Source: Clostridiaceae bacterium
GTDB lineage: Bacteria; Bacillota; Clostridia; Saccharofermentanales; DTU023
Reading direction: 5' to 3'
DNA length: 64,000 nt
Assembly (NCBI GenBank): GCA_012838135.1
Contig: DUPV01000054.1
Location: 4,270-68,269, forward strand
A model generated the notes under the pieces. That model saw only the letters and a list, made by a program, of their open reading frames with translations, was not told the origin of the DNA and did not search any database. The translations under genes and the position numbers were made by a program. Shown here in pieces: positions 29,168 through 38,998 of this stretch; positions within the stretch are counted from its first letter, which is position 1, and each line of letters begins with the position of its first letter.

Positions 29168-30259
29168 ATGGAATTTAAAGTAACTGTAAATCAGAATCAA
29201 GATTCGAAAAGAGCTGTAGACGTTTTGATAGACGAATTTGAAATTTCTGCTCAAATGCAAAAAAGAATTCGTCTTTACGGCAATTTATGGATTAATGGCA
29301 AGCCGGGACGAATGATTGACATTGTACATACAGGTGACCGAATTGTTGCCCATTCCAGTCAAAATTATTCCGAATTGCTACCTGTTAAAACTAATCGCAT
29401 CCCCGGAGTTGAAGTTTTATTCGAAGATGAGCATTTGATAGTTTTAAATAAGCCGTCTGACATGGTAGTACATCCGACAATGTCACATTCGGATAATACC
29501 TTGCTGGATCTGCTCTCAGAAAAAATTCTGCATCCCGTGACCAGACTTGATCGAGAAACTTCAGGAGCATTGATAATAGCTAAACATGCTCATGCTCATT
29601 ATCGTCTTGTCCAGAATCCGATTAAAAGAGTATATTGGGCTCTGACTCATGGTCATTGGACTAAAGAACAAGGTGTTATCGAACAACCTATTATGCGTTT
29701 TCCAAATAGCATTATGATTAGGGTCATTGACCTCGCAGGAAAAGCGGCTATTACAAATTACAAAGTTCTCTATTCCTTTCAAGAGCATAATTTTGATTGG
29801 GTTGAGTTTATACTTGAAACCGGCAGAACTCATCAAATACGAGTTCATAGTTTATATCATGGACATCCGTTGCTTGGCGACGGATTATATGGAATAACTA
29901 ACTATTGTGAACTTGATCATCAAGCAAACTTCAACATTTTAGAAATTGATCCTAATCTACATTTTCTCTACTTGCATGAAAACTCAATTCATGAAAACTT
30001 CATTGACCATAATAAACAACAAAACTATTTAATTGATATCAATTTATTAAAAATAAGTCCTCAAAGGATTGCACCGGAGTATCAGTCAAAATTCAAATCA
30101 CTAATTAATAAAAAGCAATTGCTCCTGGATCAGATGATTAAGCGACAGGCTCTTCACTCCAGGCTGATAGGTTTTACTCATCCGATTACCAAAAAACATA
30201 TGGAATTCAAGGCTCAACTCCCTTCGGATATGATGACTTTTCTCGAAGATATGAGATAA
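29168..30259 (+). CDS. RluA-family pseudouridine synthase with a roughly 80-aa insertion near the C-terminus
   Basis: Catalytic TRLDRETSGAL and GRTHQIRVH. About 83 residues separate GDGLYG from RQALHS, which are normally close together. ATG at 29168. Confidence 0.85.
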   Translation: MEFKVTVNQNQDSKRAVDVLIDEFEISAQMQKRIRLYGNLWINGKPGRMIDIVHTGDRIVAHSSQNYSELLPVKTNRIPGVEVLFEDEHLIVLNKPSDMVVHPTMSHSDNTLLDLLSEKILHPVTRLDRETSGALIIAKHAHAHYRLVQNPIKRVYWALTHGHWTKEQGVIEQPIMRFPNSIMIRVIDLAGKAAITNYKVLYSFQEHNFDWVEFILETGRTHQIRVHSLYHGHPLLGDGLYGITNYCELDHQANFNILEIDPNLHFLYLHENSIHENFIDHNKQQNYLIDINLLKISPQRIAPEYQSKFKSLINKKQLLLDQMIKRQALHSRLIGFTHPITKKHMEFKAQLPSDMMTFLEDMR

Positions 30260-30266
30260 TTTAGTG

Positions 30267-31958
30267 CTAACGTTGTTTATATTGTCTTACCATTTCTTGG
30301 GCAAGATTAACTGCTGATTGATCATCGGGGTTGCCTGACAATAATCTGGCAACTTCACTGATTTTCTCTGACAGATCAAGTTTCTTTAATTGAGTTGAAG
30401 TTCGTTGATTTCGAATTGATTTTTCAATTAAGTAATGAGTGTCGGAAGCAGCTGCAACTTGAGCCATATGTGATACACATAAAACTTGTTTATTGGCAGC
30501 AATTTCTCTTAACATTTGAGCAACACTTATTGCTGTATTTCCGCTGACACCACTGTCAATTTCATCAAAAATCAAAACAGCCAGATCTTCATTTTCACCT
30601 AAAATTGATTTGATCGCTAAAAGAATACGTGATACTTCACCACCGGAAGCTATTTTGTTTAACGGCAAAAGAGGCTCTCCGATATTCGGTTGAATAAAAA
30701 ATTCAACCTGATCTCTGCCAAACAGACCGTAATAGCCTTTTTCAGATTTTTCCAGCAATTTAACCTCTACTGAAAATTTAACATTCGGCATTGCCAGTTT
30801 TGCAAGAGCAAGAGAAATTTTTTCACTTAATTCTTTACCTGCTTCAATACGCAGTCTATGAATTTTTTCAGCCAATTCGCTCATTTTTTGTTCATTGATT
30901 AATAAATCAGCTCGGCATTGAGCGAATAATTTTTCACTTTTTTTCAGGATATTCAATCTTTTTTCGGCATCTGACAAATATTGCAATATTTCTTCAATCG
31001 TATCTCCATATTTAATTTTCAATTTATCAATCTGATCTAAACGTTGGTTGATAGTTTCAATTTCATTCGGTTCCGCTTCAAGTTCCAGATAAACGTCAGT
31101 TAAATTAATTGCAAGTTCGGATACTTCCGTTGCCAATTGTTTTAAACGTTCTTGATATTGACCGATTTTTTCGTGAAAATGTGAACTATAATCTAACATA
31201 CTTGCAGTTTGAGCAATCAGGCTGGCTGCCCCATGTTCAGAATCAGCTGACAAAATATTTCTTGCTTGGCCTAAATCTTGCTTCATTCTGGAAAGTGTCG
31301 CTAAGATTTTATTCCTTTCCAGTAATTTTCTGTCTTCATCAATTTTTAAATCAGCATCCGTAATTTCAGTAATTTGATATTGGAGTAATTCGAGCTGCCT
31401 CGCACGTTCCGCCGGGTTCAAGCCATATTCTCTCAGCTGTTCAGCCATTATTTTTCTCGATTTTAATAAAGTTTGCCATTGATTGAGCAAATCCGTAATT
31501 GAATCACCGATATAATTATCCAATAAATTTCTTTGTTCTTTTAAATCGAAAATCTGTTGTTGCTCATGCTGGGCATGCAAGCCGATCAAATGTTCACTGA
31601 CTTCACGCAACAAAGCATTATTTACTAAACGGCCGTTGATTCTGGCTTGGCTTCCACCATCTGCATATATTTCGCGACTGAGAATTAATTGTTCATCGTC
31701 CGTCATCTCCTGAAAACGTGTCAAGTTTTGTTTTTGTAATTCCGGTGTTAAGATAAAAACGGCTTCTACTCTGGCATAATCAAATCCGGTACGCACAACT
31801 TCGCGATTAGCTCTTTTACCGGTCAGACTGCCCAACGCATCAATCAGTAAAGATTTACCTGCTCCTGTTTCACCGCTGATTACAGTTAAATGTTCTCCCG
31901 GTTCAAAAAGAGCAGACTCAATTAAAGCAAAATTCTTAATTTCGACTTTTTTCAACAT
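30267..31958 (-). CDS. recN: DNA repair protein RecN
   Basis: Walker A GETGAGKS, a long coiled-coil, a C-terminal SGGE signature and FDEIDSG. Confidence 0.95.
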   Translation of the reverse strand: MLKKVEIKNFALIESALFEPGEHLTVISGETGAGKSLLIDALGSLTGKRANREVVRTGFDYARVEAVFILTPELQKQNLTRFQEMTDDEQLILSREIYADGGSQARINGRLVNNALLREVSEHLIGLHAQHEQQQIFDLKEQRNLLDNYIGDSITDLLNQWQTLLKSRKIMAEQLREYGLNPAERARQLELLQYQITEITDADLKIDEDRKLLERNKILATLSRMKQDLGQARNILSADSEHGAASLIAQTASMLDYSSHFHEKIGQYQERLKQLATEVSELAINLTDVYLELEAEPNEIETINQRLDQIDKLKIKYGDTIEEILQYLSDAEKRLNILKKSEKLFAQCRADLLINEQKMSELAEKIHRLRIEAGKELSEKISLALAKLAMPNVKFSVEVKLLEKSEKGYYGLFGRDQVEFFIQPNIGEPLLPLNKIASGGEVSRILLAIKSILGENEDLAVLIFDEIDSGVSGNTAISVAQMLREIAANKQVLCVSHMAQVAAASDTHYLIEKSIRNQRTSTQLKKLDLSEKISEVARLLSGNPDDQSAVNLAQEMVRQYKQR

Positions 31959-32005
31959 TTAGTTATTTTTGCTCCTAACTCGAATCGTCGTTTTAAATTT
32001 TTTTC

Positions 32006-32485
32006 TTAAATATCTTGATTTGAATGAATATTGGAAATTGAAAGTAAAATCGCCTTCAAATGAATCGCATCCTGTTCGGATCTGGTCGCAGCAAAAATGG
32101 TATCATCTCCTGCTATAGAACCGATAATTTGTTCCAAATGCATAGAATCAAGTGAAGCTGCCGCAGCTTGTGCCATACCCGGAAGAGTTTTTATAATCAC
32201 AAAACTATATGTACTTTCGATTGAAATGACCGCTTCATTGAAAATTGTCATAAACCGTCCGGAAGCTCCCTCACCGCTTTGACTCATCGGTACATATTTT
32301 TGTTTTCCGTGACCGGTTGCAACTTTCAAGATACCAAGTTCTTTAATATCCCTGGAGACAGTGGCTTGTGTAACATCCATGTTAAAGTTTTTTAATGCAG
32401 TAACCAATTCTTCCTGCGTTTCAATATTATTCTGTTTTATTATTTGCAGAATTCTGCTCTGTCTTAAATTTTTTGACGGATTCAT
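32006..32485 (-). CDS. argR: arginine repressor
   Basis: Winged-helix N-terminus (RQSRILQII..NIETQEELV..L....VTQATVSRDIKEL) and a C-terminal oligomerisation domain with GTIAGDDTI-like GSIAGDDTIF. Confidence 0.9.
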   Translation of the reverse strand: MNPSKNLRQSRILQIIKQNNIETQEELVTALKNFNMDVTQATVSRDIKELGILKVATGHGKQKYVPMSQSGEGASGRFMTIFNEAVISIESTYSFVIIKTLPGMAQAAAASLDSMHLEQIIGSIAGDDTIFAATRSEQDAIHLKAILLSISNIHSNQDI

Positions 32486-33342
32486 CTTGCCATGCCCCTT
32501 AATTGAATTTTACTCGGTAATGTTTGATAGAATTTATCACCGCTTAAGCAAATTTTATTAAACTGCAATTCCGAACCGCTTAGTAAAGCATAATGATCCG
32601 CTTCAACCGCAATATCTTGTCTGCCATCAATTGAAAAAATAGCCGGTCCGGATTTTTTCACTAATTGTAATTTCACTACAGCCTTACTGCCTGCAATATA
32701 AGTTCTATTATGCAGACTATGAGGTGCTAAAGGCGTAATCAAAATTACATTTACTTGCGGGTGAACAATCGGTCCGCCGGCAGCAAGATTATAAGCAGTC
32801 GAACCAGTGGGACTGGAAACAATTATACCGTCACCCGGTATGCGTTCAACCGCATTGTTATCAATCGTTAAATCAAAGGTCAAAATACCGGTATTACCGC
32901 CTCCTCTGCATAGAACAACGTCATTCAGAGCATATCCGTGATCAATTAAATTCGAATTCTGATCAAAACATTTGACATCCAGCATCATCCGCTTTTCAAT
33001 TTGATATTGCCCGGAAATTAATAATGGAACAGCTTGTGCAATTTGGTCAGGTTCAATTTCCGTAAGAAAACCTACACTACCCAAATTTACGCCGATCTGA
33101 GGCAAACCTTTAGAAGTCGGATGATGAGCCGCAGATAAAAAAGTGCCGTCGCCACCTAAACAGATAATAAAATCACAATCGTTATAAGAATTGAATTCAA
33201 TATGGGGAGAGCGAAAACCACCTGCCAACTCCGGTTCAATAACCGGTTGTCCTCCACTTTTAACAATTTCTTCTACCAAATGATTTGTAACCTGAAAATC
33301 AGGATCACGCGATCTATTGGGAAAAATAGCAATTCTTTTCAT
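32482..33342 (-). CDS. nadK: NAD kinase
   Basis: GGDGTFL motif, NxGxLGFL-like NLGSVGFLT, and SPTGSTAYN. ATG at 33342 follows GGAGA. Confidence 0.9.
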   Translation of the reverse strand: MKRIAIFPNRSRDPDFQVTNHLVEEIVKSGGQPVIEPELAGGFRSPHIEFNSYNDCDFIICLGGDGTFLSAAHHPTSKGLPQIGVNLGSVGFLTEIEPDQIAQAVPLLISGQYQIEKRMMLDVKCFDQNSNLIDHGYALNDVVLCRGGGNTGILTFDLTIDNNAVERIPGDGIIVSSPTGSTAYNLAAGGPIVHPQVNVILITPLAPHSLHNRTYIAGSKAVVKLQLVKKSGPAIFSIDGRQDIAVEADHYALLSGSELQFNKICLSGDKFYQTLPSKIQLRGMAR

Positions 33343-33478
33343 TTGATACATTCTCCGCAATTTTTTATCATTATAGCTTATTTCGTATAAATATGTAATG
33401 AAATTCCCCGGTATTTAATAATCTCTTAATTGCAAATAATAAAATTGAATTCTATTGCATCTTATAATTTACTTTGCC

Positions 33479-34405
33479 TTAATAATCACGACGCATTAAA
33501 ACCGAAGTAAAACAGCTAAGAAAATTAATATTGACATTTAATTTTTCTAATTGATTTAAAATCGAAACTATTTCATCATATAGCCTATTTTCATATTCTT
33601 TCGATCCTTCAACTCCAAGTAAAGTCACAAAAGTTAATTTCTTATCACGTGCATCTTTACCGATAGTTTTGCCTAATTTTTCCTCATTTGAGATTACATC
33701 AAGCAAATCATCTCTGATTTGAAATGCCAGACCTAAGCGATCAGCATATTTAATGAACAGTTCTTCCAGCTGCGAATTGAAATTATCCGTGTTTTGCATT
33801 GCTTCAGCGAAATAATATCCGCTTAACGTTGCAGCTTTGATCAAACCGCCGGTTTTTAACTTTTGCAGTTTGATTAAATATTGCAATGACTTCTCAGGAT
33901 CATCTGACTCGAATTTTGTCATATCCATGCTTTGACCGCCGATCATGCCATTAACCCCGGCTTGATGAGCAATATTCAGGCACGCTTTGTTCAATACAGG
34001 TTGTTTTTTACATAGATCAAATAATTCTTCATATGCTAAATTGAGTAAACCGTCACCTGCCAAGACAGCCATGCCTTCACCATAAACAATATGATTGGTC
34101 GGTTTGCCTCGTCTTAAGTCATCATTATCCATTGCGGGAAGGTCATCATGAATTAAGGAATAGGCATGGATCATTTCGATTGCAGATGCTAAACTCAGCA
34201 GATTTTGATCAGTTGCGGAACCTAAAGCATTCGCAACAGCTAACGTTAAAACCGGACGAACTCGCTTACCGCCTGACAACAAACTATAACGCATTGCATC
34301 AACTACCGTTTGCTCCGAATCTATTTTGGGTTCGGAAGTACAGCGCATTAATTCAGCTTCAATTTGATCTAAATAATAAGCATATGTTTGCATGTTTTTA
34401 TTCAT
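33479..34405 (-). CDS. ispA: polyprenyl (farnesyl/geranylgeranyl) diphosphate synthase
   Basis: First DDxxD region LIHDDLPAMDNDDLRRG and second FQIRDDLLD. Confidence 0.85.
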   Translation of the reverse strand: MNKNMQTYAYYLDQIEAELMRCTSEPKIDSEQTVVDAMRYSLLSGGKRVRPVLTLAVANALGSATDQNLLSLASAIEMIHAYSLIHDDLPAMDNDDLRRGKPTNHIVYGEGMAVLAGDGLLNLAYEELFDLCKKQPVLNKACLNIAHQAGVNGMIGGQSMDMTKFESDDPEKSLQYLIKLQKLKTGGLIKAATLSGYYFAEAMQNTDNFNSQLEELFIKYADRLGLAFQIRDDLLDVISNEEKLGKTIGKDARDKKLTFVTLLGVEGSKEYENRLYDEIVSILNQLEKLNVNINFLSCFTSVLMRRDY

Positions 34406-34537
34406 TATAAGATCCCTTCAGCGTTGAACAATTATTCAAATGACTATTTTCAACTGTTTTCAATATTTAACCAACTGTTCAAAACAATCTCCGCGTAATT
34501 ATTCAAAGATACTTTTCACACTCTTTTATGTCCAAAT

Positions 34538-34834
34538 TCAATCGATTTTACTTTGATTAATGATGTCGGTTATTTGTTCTTCCATTTCCATCAAGTATTC
34601 TTCTGACCATTTTGCCAATACCATCCCTCTTTTAAAAAGTTTAATGGATTGATCGAGATCGCCTTGTACATTTTCCAATTGTTCAACAATGCTTTTCAGT
34701 TCAGTTATCGAATTCTGAAAAGATTGAGGTTGGTTGCTCTCCTGTTCAGCTTGAAGATTCTCCGAATGAAGCTCCTCTACTGGCATCTCGTTTCGTTGTA
34801 TTTCTTCTAATGGTAGTTTTTCAGTCATATTCAC
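34538..34834 (-). CDS. xseB: exodeoxyribonuclease VII small subunit (with N-terminal extension)
   Basis: The core L..IV..LE.....LD.S...F..G matches XseB. 4-nt overlap with the xseA stop. Confidence 0.8.
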   Translation of the reverse strand: MNMTEKLPLEEIQRNEMPVEELHSENLQAEQESNQPQSFQNSITELKSIVEQLENVQGDLDQSIKLFKRGMVLAKWSEEYLMEMEEQITDIINQSKID

Positions 34835-36039
34835 TCCTGATGCATAATTTTGTTAATTTCATTGATTTCAGCTGCAGCTCTGCCATCAGACCAATGAATC
34901 TTGATTTGTTGACCGATAGAAACTTTATTGACAGAATCTATTGTTGCATTCTCTGAACTTTCGATATAAGCATAGCCGCGTTCCAAAATAGAAAAAGGAT
35001 TTAGAGCCTTTAAATTATCATAAAGAAATCTCAGTTGTCTTTTTTGATTAGTCGTCAGATGTTTAAGCTCACGTCCGATACGTTCTTTTAATTGTTTTAT
35101 CGTTTGTCTTTGTTGTTCAATTATAATCACAGGATTTTTAAAAACGGATCTTTCTGTCAAAAAATCCAAGGTCTGCTTAGCATTAAATAACTGACGTTCC
35201 AATGCCTTTATTATTTTATTCCGTTCGGATTGAATATTATCAAGCAACATCTTCTTTTCCGGTAAAACCAATTCTGCAGCAGCTGAAGGGGTCGGAGCTC
35301 TTAAGTCTGCACAGAAATCAGCAATCGTAAAATCTGTTTCATGGCCTATTGCAGAAATCACAGGAATTCTCGAATTATAAATTGCATCTGCTACTATTTT
35401 TTCATTGAAAGCCCATAAATCTTCAATTGAACCACCGCCTCTGGCAATAATAATTACATCAACTTCATTTATCTGATTAAAAAGCTTAATCGCATCAGCT
35501 ATTTGCTCAGCCGCTCCGGTTCCCTGAACAGCAACCGGGATAAAGTGCATCTTGAATCCGGGAAATCTACGACGCAATACATTGATTATATCTCTGATTA
35601 CAGCACCTTCCGAGGATGTAGCAACCCCGATCAGATCCGGCAGATAAGGAAGCGGTTTTTTAGTTTTTTCAGAAAAGTAACCTTGAGCTGCCAGTTCTTT
35701 TTTCAGTAATTCAAATTGTTGATGCAGATCACCGATTCCTTGCGGTTCCATAGAATTAACAATCAATTGGAAACGACCGGCAACTTCATATATACTCGCT
35801 TTAGCTTTTAAGCAAACCTTGTCACCGTTTTGCGGAGAAAACTTGATGCGACTGTAATTTGAACGAAACATCACGCAACTGACGCTGGAACTCTCATCTT
35901 TCAAAGAAAAATAATAATGCCCGGAAGGATAAAGTTTACCGCCGGATATTTCACCATAAACTTGGATGTTAATCAGGTTGGGATTATCATCTAGAATCTT
36001 TGCAACTAAACGATTTAATTCAGAAACAGAATAAGTCAT
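34831..36039 (-). CDS. xseA: exodeoxyribonuclease VII large subunit
   Basis: N-terminal OB fold (VSELN..V..IL......I.V.GEIS) and central GRGGGS-like ARGGGSIEDLW. Confidence 0.9.
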   Translation of the reverse strand: MTYSVSELNRLVAKILDDNPNLINIQVYGEISGGKLYPSGHYYFSLKDESSSVSCVMFRSNYSRIKFSPQNGDKVCLKAKASIYEVAGRFQLIVNSMEPQGIGDLHQQFELLKKELAAQGYFSEKTKKPLPYLPDLIGVATSSEGAVIRDIINVLRRRFPGFKMHFIPVAVQGTGAAEQIADAIKLFNQINEVDVIIIARGGGSIEDLWAFNEKIVADAIYNSRIPVISAIGHETDFTIADFCADLRAPTPSAAAELVLPEKKMLLDNIQSERNKIIKALERQLFNAKQTLDFLTERSVFKNPVIIIEQQRQTIKQLKERIGRELKHLTTNQKRQLRFLYDNLKALNPFSILERGYAYIESSENATIDSVNKVSIGQQIKIHWSDGRAAAEINEINKIMHQE

Positions 36040-36455
36040 TCCGACTTGCCTTCATTCAAAACTTCGCGGTTAACATTACCGAGAATTGCATTAATATAGG
36101 AACGTGATTCATCTGTACTATATTTTTTTGCCAAACGTACAGCCTCAGAAATCGCAACATTATTCGGAATATCCTGCATGTATTTCATTTCGAAAATTGC
36201 TAAACGCAGTATTGTTAAATCTACTTTGGGCAATCTGTTCAAAGTCCATTTGACTAAGAAAGGTTCAAGAATATCGTCCAATTTGCTTTTTTCAGAAATA
36301 ACACCTTTCACCCGCGATTCAAAAAAATCCGCTTGGTTGTCGGAAACAGGATAGTTTGCTAAAAAATTGTGAATTTGACTTTCCACATTTTCAGTTTGAA
36401 TTTCAATTTGAAACAAAAACATAAAAGCATATTCTCTTACTAAACTGCGTTTCAC
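36036..36455 (-). CDS. nusB: transcription antitermination factor NusB
   Basis: R..ARE.A...L(F/Y)Q and a DRL..VD..ILR.A..E pattern (NRLPKVDLTILRLAIFEM), with the C-terminal INAILG. Confidence 0.9.
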   Translation of the reverse strand: MKRSLVREYAFMFLFQIEIQTENVESQIHNFLANYPVSDNQADFFESRVKGVISEKSKLDDILEPFLVKWTLNRLPKVDLTILRLAIFEMKYMQDIPNNVAISEAVRLAKKYSTDESRSYINAILGNVNREVLNEGKSE

Positions 36456-36512
36456 TTATCCCTCCAACAATTATTTCACTACCTTAATATTTATTAAAAT
36501 CTTCCGGATTTT

Positions 36513-36758
36513 TCATCTAAATCTTCCGGGTGGAAATATTCGATCAAAAAGTTCTTTTATTGATTTTTCATCAGAAAAATGTCTAACGCCGATATAATAT
36601 CCGATCAATGTTAAAATCAGAATAAAAATTGTCTTCAACAAACCGAAGATTACTAACAATAAAGCAACAACAAATCCGATTATCGCTCCTTTTTTACCTG
36701 AACCTCCGGTATTTAAATGATCTAACAGAGCAGAAAAAATATTTTTCTTATCGCGCAT
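36513..36758 (-). CDS. small membrane protein, DUF2273-like
   Basis: 81 aa with two TM helices. ATG at 36758 follows AGGAG. Sits in the conserved asp23-amaP-DUF2273 trio. Confidence 0.6.
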   Translation of the reverse strand: MRDKKNIFSALLDHLNTGGSGKKGAIIGFVVALLLVIFGLLKTIFILILTLIGYYIGVRHFSDEKSIKELFDRIFPPGRFR

Positions 36759-36774
36759 ATCATCTCCTGCCTGA

Positions 36775-37329
36775 TCACTCGATCCTTGCTGCAATTGTAT
36801 CAACCCGGCTAACCCTAATAATTACTTCCGCAACTTCAATACCGGTATACCGTTCAACATCTTTTTTTACTCTCTCTTGAACTCTTGCCATCATGGCAGG
36901 TAATTCTACGTTGGAATAAGCCATTACATTAAGTCTGACCGATAATCTATCACCCTTAAAAGGTGCAATATGAGCTTTAGCCGCTTTGACACCGGCTTGA
37001 GCGGATTGTGCCGCATTGAGCGCGACACTCTCGATAGCATCAACTCCGATGTCAATTGATCCCATTTGACTTTCAATCACTCTTACCCGGCGTAGTCTGC
37101 CGGATAAAATAGTATTAACCAAACTAATAATTCCGCCGGCAAATAAAATACCGAACAAAACGATAAAGAAAATTTTACTGCGCGGTTGACTGACAATTCG
37201 TACCGATAAAGTAATCACACCACTCATCAATTCTTCACTGAGTAAAGCAGCAATAAACAATAATGAAATCAATGCCAGAAAGAAATATAATATTATGCGT
37301 ACTACTCGTATTAAACGATTCATATTCAT
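36775..37329 (-). CDS. amaP: alkaline shock response membrane anchor protein AmaP-like
   Basis: Two N-terminal TM segments followed by an Asp23-like soluble domain, directly downstream of asp23. Confidence 0.65.
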   Translation of the reverse strand: MNMNRLIRVVRIILYFFLALISLLFIAALLSEELMSGVITLSVRIVSQPRSKIFFIVLFGILFAGGIISLVNTILSGRLRRVRVIESQMGSIDIGVDAIESVALNAAQSAQAGVKAAKAHIAPFKGDRLSVRLNVMAYSNVELPAMMARVQERVKKDVERYTGIEVAEVIIRVSRVDTIAARIE

Positions 37330-37335
37330 TCTCCA

Positions 37336-37737
37336 CTATGTCATATTCGGATTAATAGATTTAGATTTAGATTCAGATTCAGCTCGAACTCCCATCACCT
37401 GAACATGCACAAAATCAACGATTAACCCTGTATATAGCTCTACATCCCTTTTTACTTTTTCTTGTATATTCCAAGCTACTTCCGGTAATACATAACCGAA
37501 TCGACAAATCGGATATATCGTTATTGTCACGAATTCTGAATTGTCAGCACCAAATTCCACCTTTACACCCCGACCATCATGTTCTACACCCAAAGCTTCT
37601 TTGATACTGACTAAAACACCGGAATCAAGATCGAGTACACCTTCGATTTGGCGAGCGGCTTCAGCCGCATATTGTGCGACAAAGCCTTGTGACATTGAGC
37701 GTTCACCTTTAATCGAATTGTCAGTAAAATATGGCAT
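37336..37737 (-). CDS. Asp23/Gls24-family envelope stress protein
   Basis: I...A..AA....GV.......... pattern (VAQYAAEAARQIEGVLDL) and the typical approximately 130-aa size. ATG at 37737; the ORF-track start overlaps efp. Confidence 0.85.
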   Translation of the reverse strand: MPYFTDNSIKGERSMSQGFVAQYAAEAARQIEGVLDLDSGVLVSIKEALGVEHDGRGVKVEFGADNSEFVTITIYPICRFGYVLPEVAWNIQEKVKRDVELYTGLIVDFVHVQVMGVRAESESKSKSINPNMT

Positions 37738-37765
37738 AATCTTTACCGTAATATTGTTTGAATTT

Positions 37766-38329
37766 CTAATTGCGGACTCTTTCTTCGTATGCTCCGCTAC
37801 GCGTATCAACTTTTATTACATCACCTTGATTGACGAATAAAGGAACCTTAATTTCCGCCCCTGTTTCTACGATTGCGGTTTTAGTTGCATTTGTAGCCGT
37901 ATCACCTTTAACCGCAGGTTCACACTCTGTAATTAAGAGCTCAACAAAAATCGGCAATTCAATATTGATAATTTCTCCACTATATGAAACTACTTGGCAA
38001 GATGTGCCTTCTTTCAAATAATTCAAGCTGTCACCTAAGACTTCTCCGGTAATCGGTAATTGTTCATAAGTTTCATTATCCATAAAGTAATAGAAATCAC
38101 CATCTGCATATAAAAATTGCATATCCCGTCTGGTTAAAGTAACACGTTTAAATTTCTCAGATGGATTGAAACTATCTTCTCTAATGGTGCCGGTTTTCAG
38201 ATTGCGATATTTTGTTCTGACAAAAGCAGCTCCTTTTCCCGGTTTAACATGTTGAAATTCAATTACCTGAAAGATATCGCCATCTCGTTCAAATGATACA
38301 CCATTACGGAAATCTCCTGCACTTATCAT
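37766..38329 (-). CDS. efp: elongation factor P
   Basis: MISAGDFRNG...HVKPGKGAAFVRTKYRNLKTG. ATG at 38329 follows GAGGAGG. Confidence 0.95.
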   Translation of the reverse strand: MISAGDFRNGVSFERDGDIFQVIEFQHVKPGKGAAFVRTKYRNLKTGTIREDSFNPSEKFKRVTLTRRDMQFLYADGDFYYFMDNETYEQLPITGEVLGDSLNYLKEGTSCQVVSYSGEIINIELPIFVELLITECEPAVKGDTATNATKTAIVETGAEIKVPLFVNQGDVIKVDTRSGAYEERVRN

Positions 38330-38430
38330 ATAAACCTCCTCTGCCCGCATTTCGGGCTAAGACCGGATTGTTTACACAGCTCCCAGCATGTTTTTTCAAA
38401 ACAGTCTTTATTACTTAATTGATGTTTTTT

Positions 38431-38459
38431 ATTCTAAATTAATAATAACAGTGTTGCAA
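38431..38459 (-). promoter_or_regulatory. putative sigma-A promoter of efp
   Basis: On the minus strand, TTGCAA (38454-38459), a 17-nt spacer, then TAGAAT (38431-38436), about 100 nt upstream of the efp ATG. Confidence 0.4.
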
Positions 38460-38471
38460 GTTTAGTATCAA

Positions 38472-38981
38472 TTAGCGATTTTCATAACGTTTAAATAAAA
38501 ATCGTTCTAATTTTCTCTTGAATCTGATTTGAATAGCTTCATTCGCAAAACGTTGCTCAACCATAATTGTGACACAGCCGGCCCTTTTCCCTGCCCAAAT
38601 ATCGGTAAAAATCTGATCGCCTACCATCAGAGTTTGTTCAGGTCGTAAATTTAATTCCGCTATTTTTTGCAGAATCTTCTTTGTTCCGGGTTTATTCGCT
38701 TGTGCCATATAAGGGACATCTAAAGATTTTGCATAATCGGTAATCCGATCACTGAGCGCATTAGACAAAATACATATTGGTAAATCAAAGCTTTCAATTA
38801 AACTGACTGCTTCCCGAGCATAATCATCTGCCTGCCTTGACCCATGTTCAGCTAAAGTATTGTCAATATCCAGAAAGACCAATTTAATACCCTTTGCTTT
38901 AAATTCTGCCCAGTCTATAGTCAGTAAATCTTTAAACCGATAATCAGGTTTCAAACTTTTTTCATACCAACGCTTTAACAA
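38472..38981 (-). CDS. yqeG: YqeG-family HAD-IIIA phosphatase
   Basis: HAD motif I FLDIDNTL and motif GDQIFTDI. The approximately 170-aa size is typical. Confidence 0.75.
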   Translation of the reverse strand: MLKRWYEKSLKPDYRFKDLLTIDWAEFKAKGIKLVFLDIDNTLAEHGSRQADDYAREAVSLIESFDLPICILSNALSDRITDYAKSLDVPYMAQANKPGTKKILQKIAELNLRPEQTLMVGDQIFTDIWAGKRAGCVTIMVEQRFANEAIQIRFKRKLERFLFKRYENR

Positions 38982-38998
38982 ATCATTCCCTCACAAAA

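Noticed and set aside
37357-37380. A hexamer tandem repeat (agattt x2, agattc x2) at the 3' end of the asp23 gene.
   Set aside because: It is a real but tiny in-frame repeat encoding ..ESESKSKS.. at the C-terminus. It is ordinary low-complexity coding sequence.
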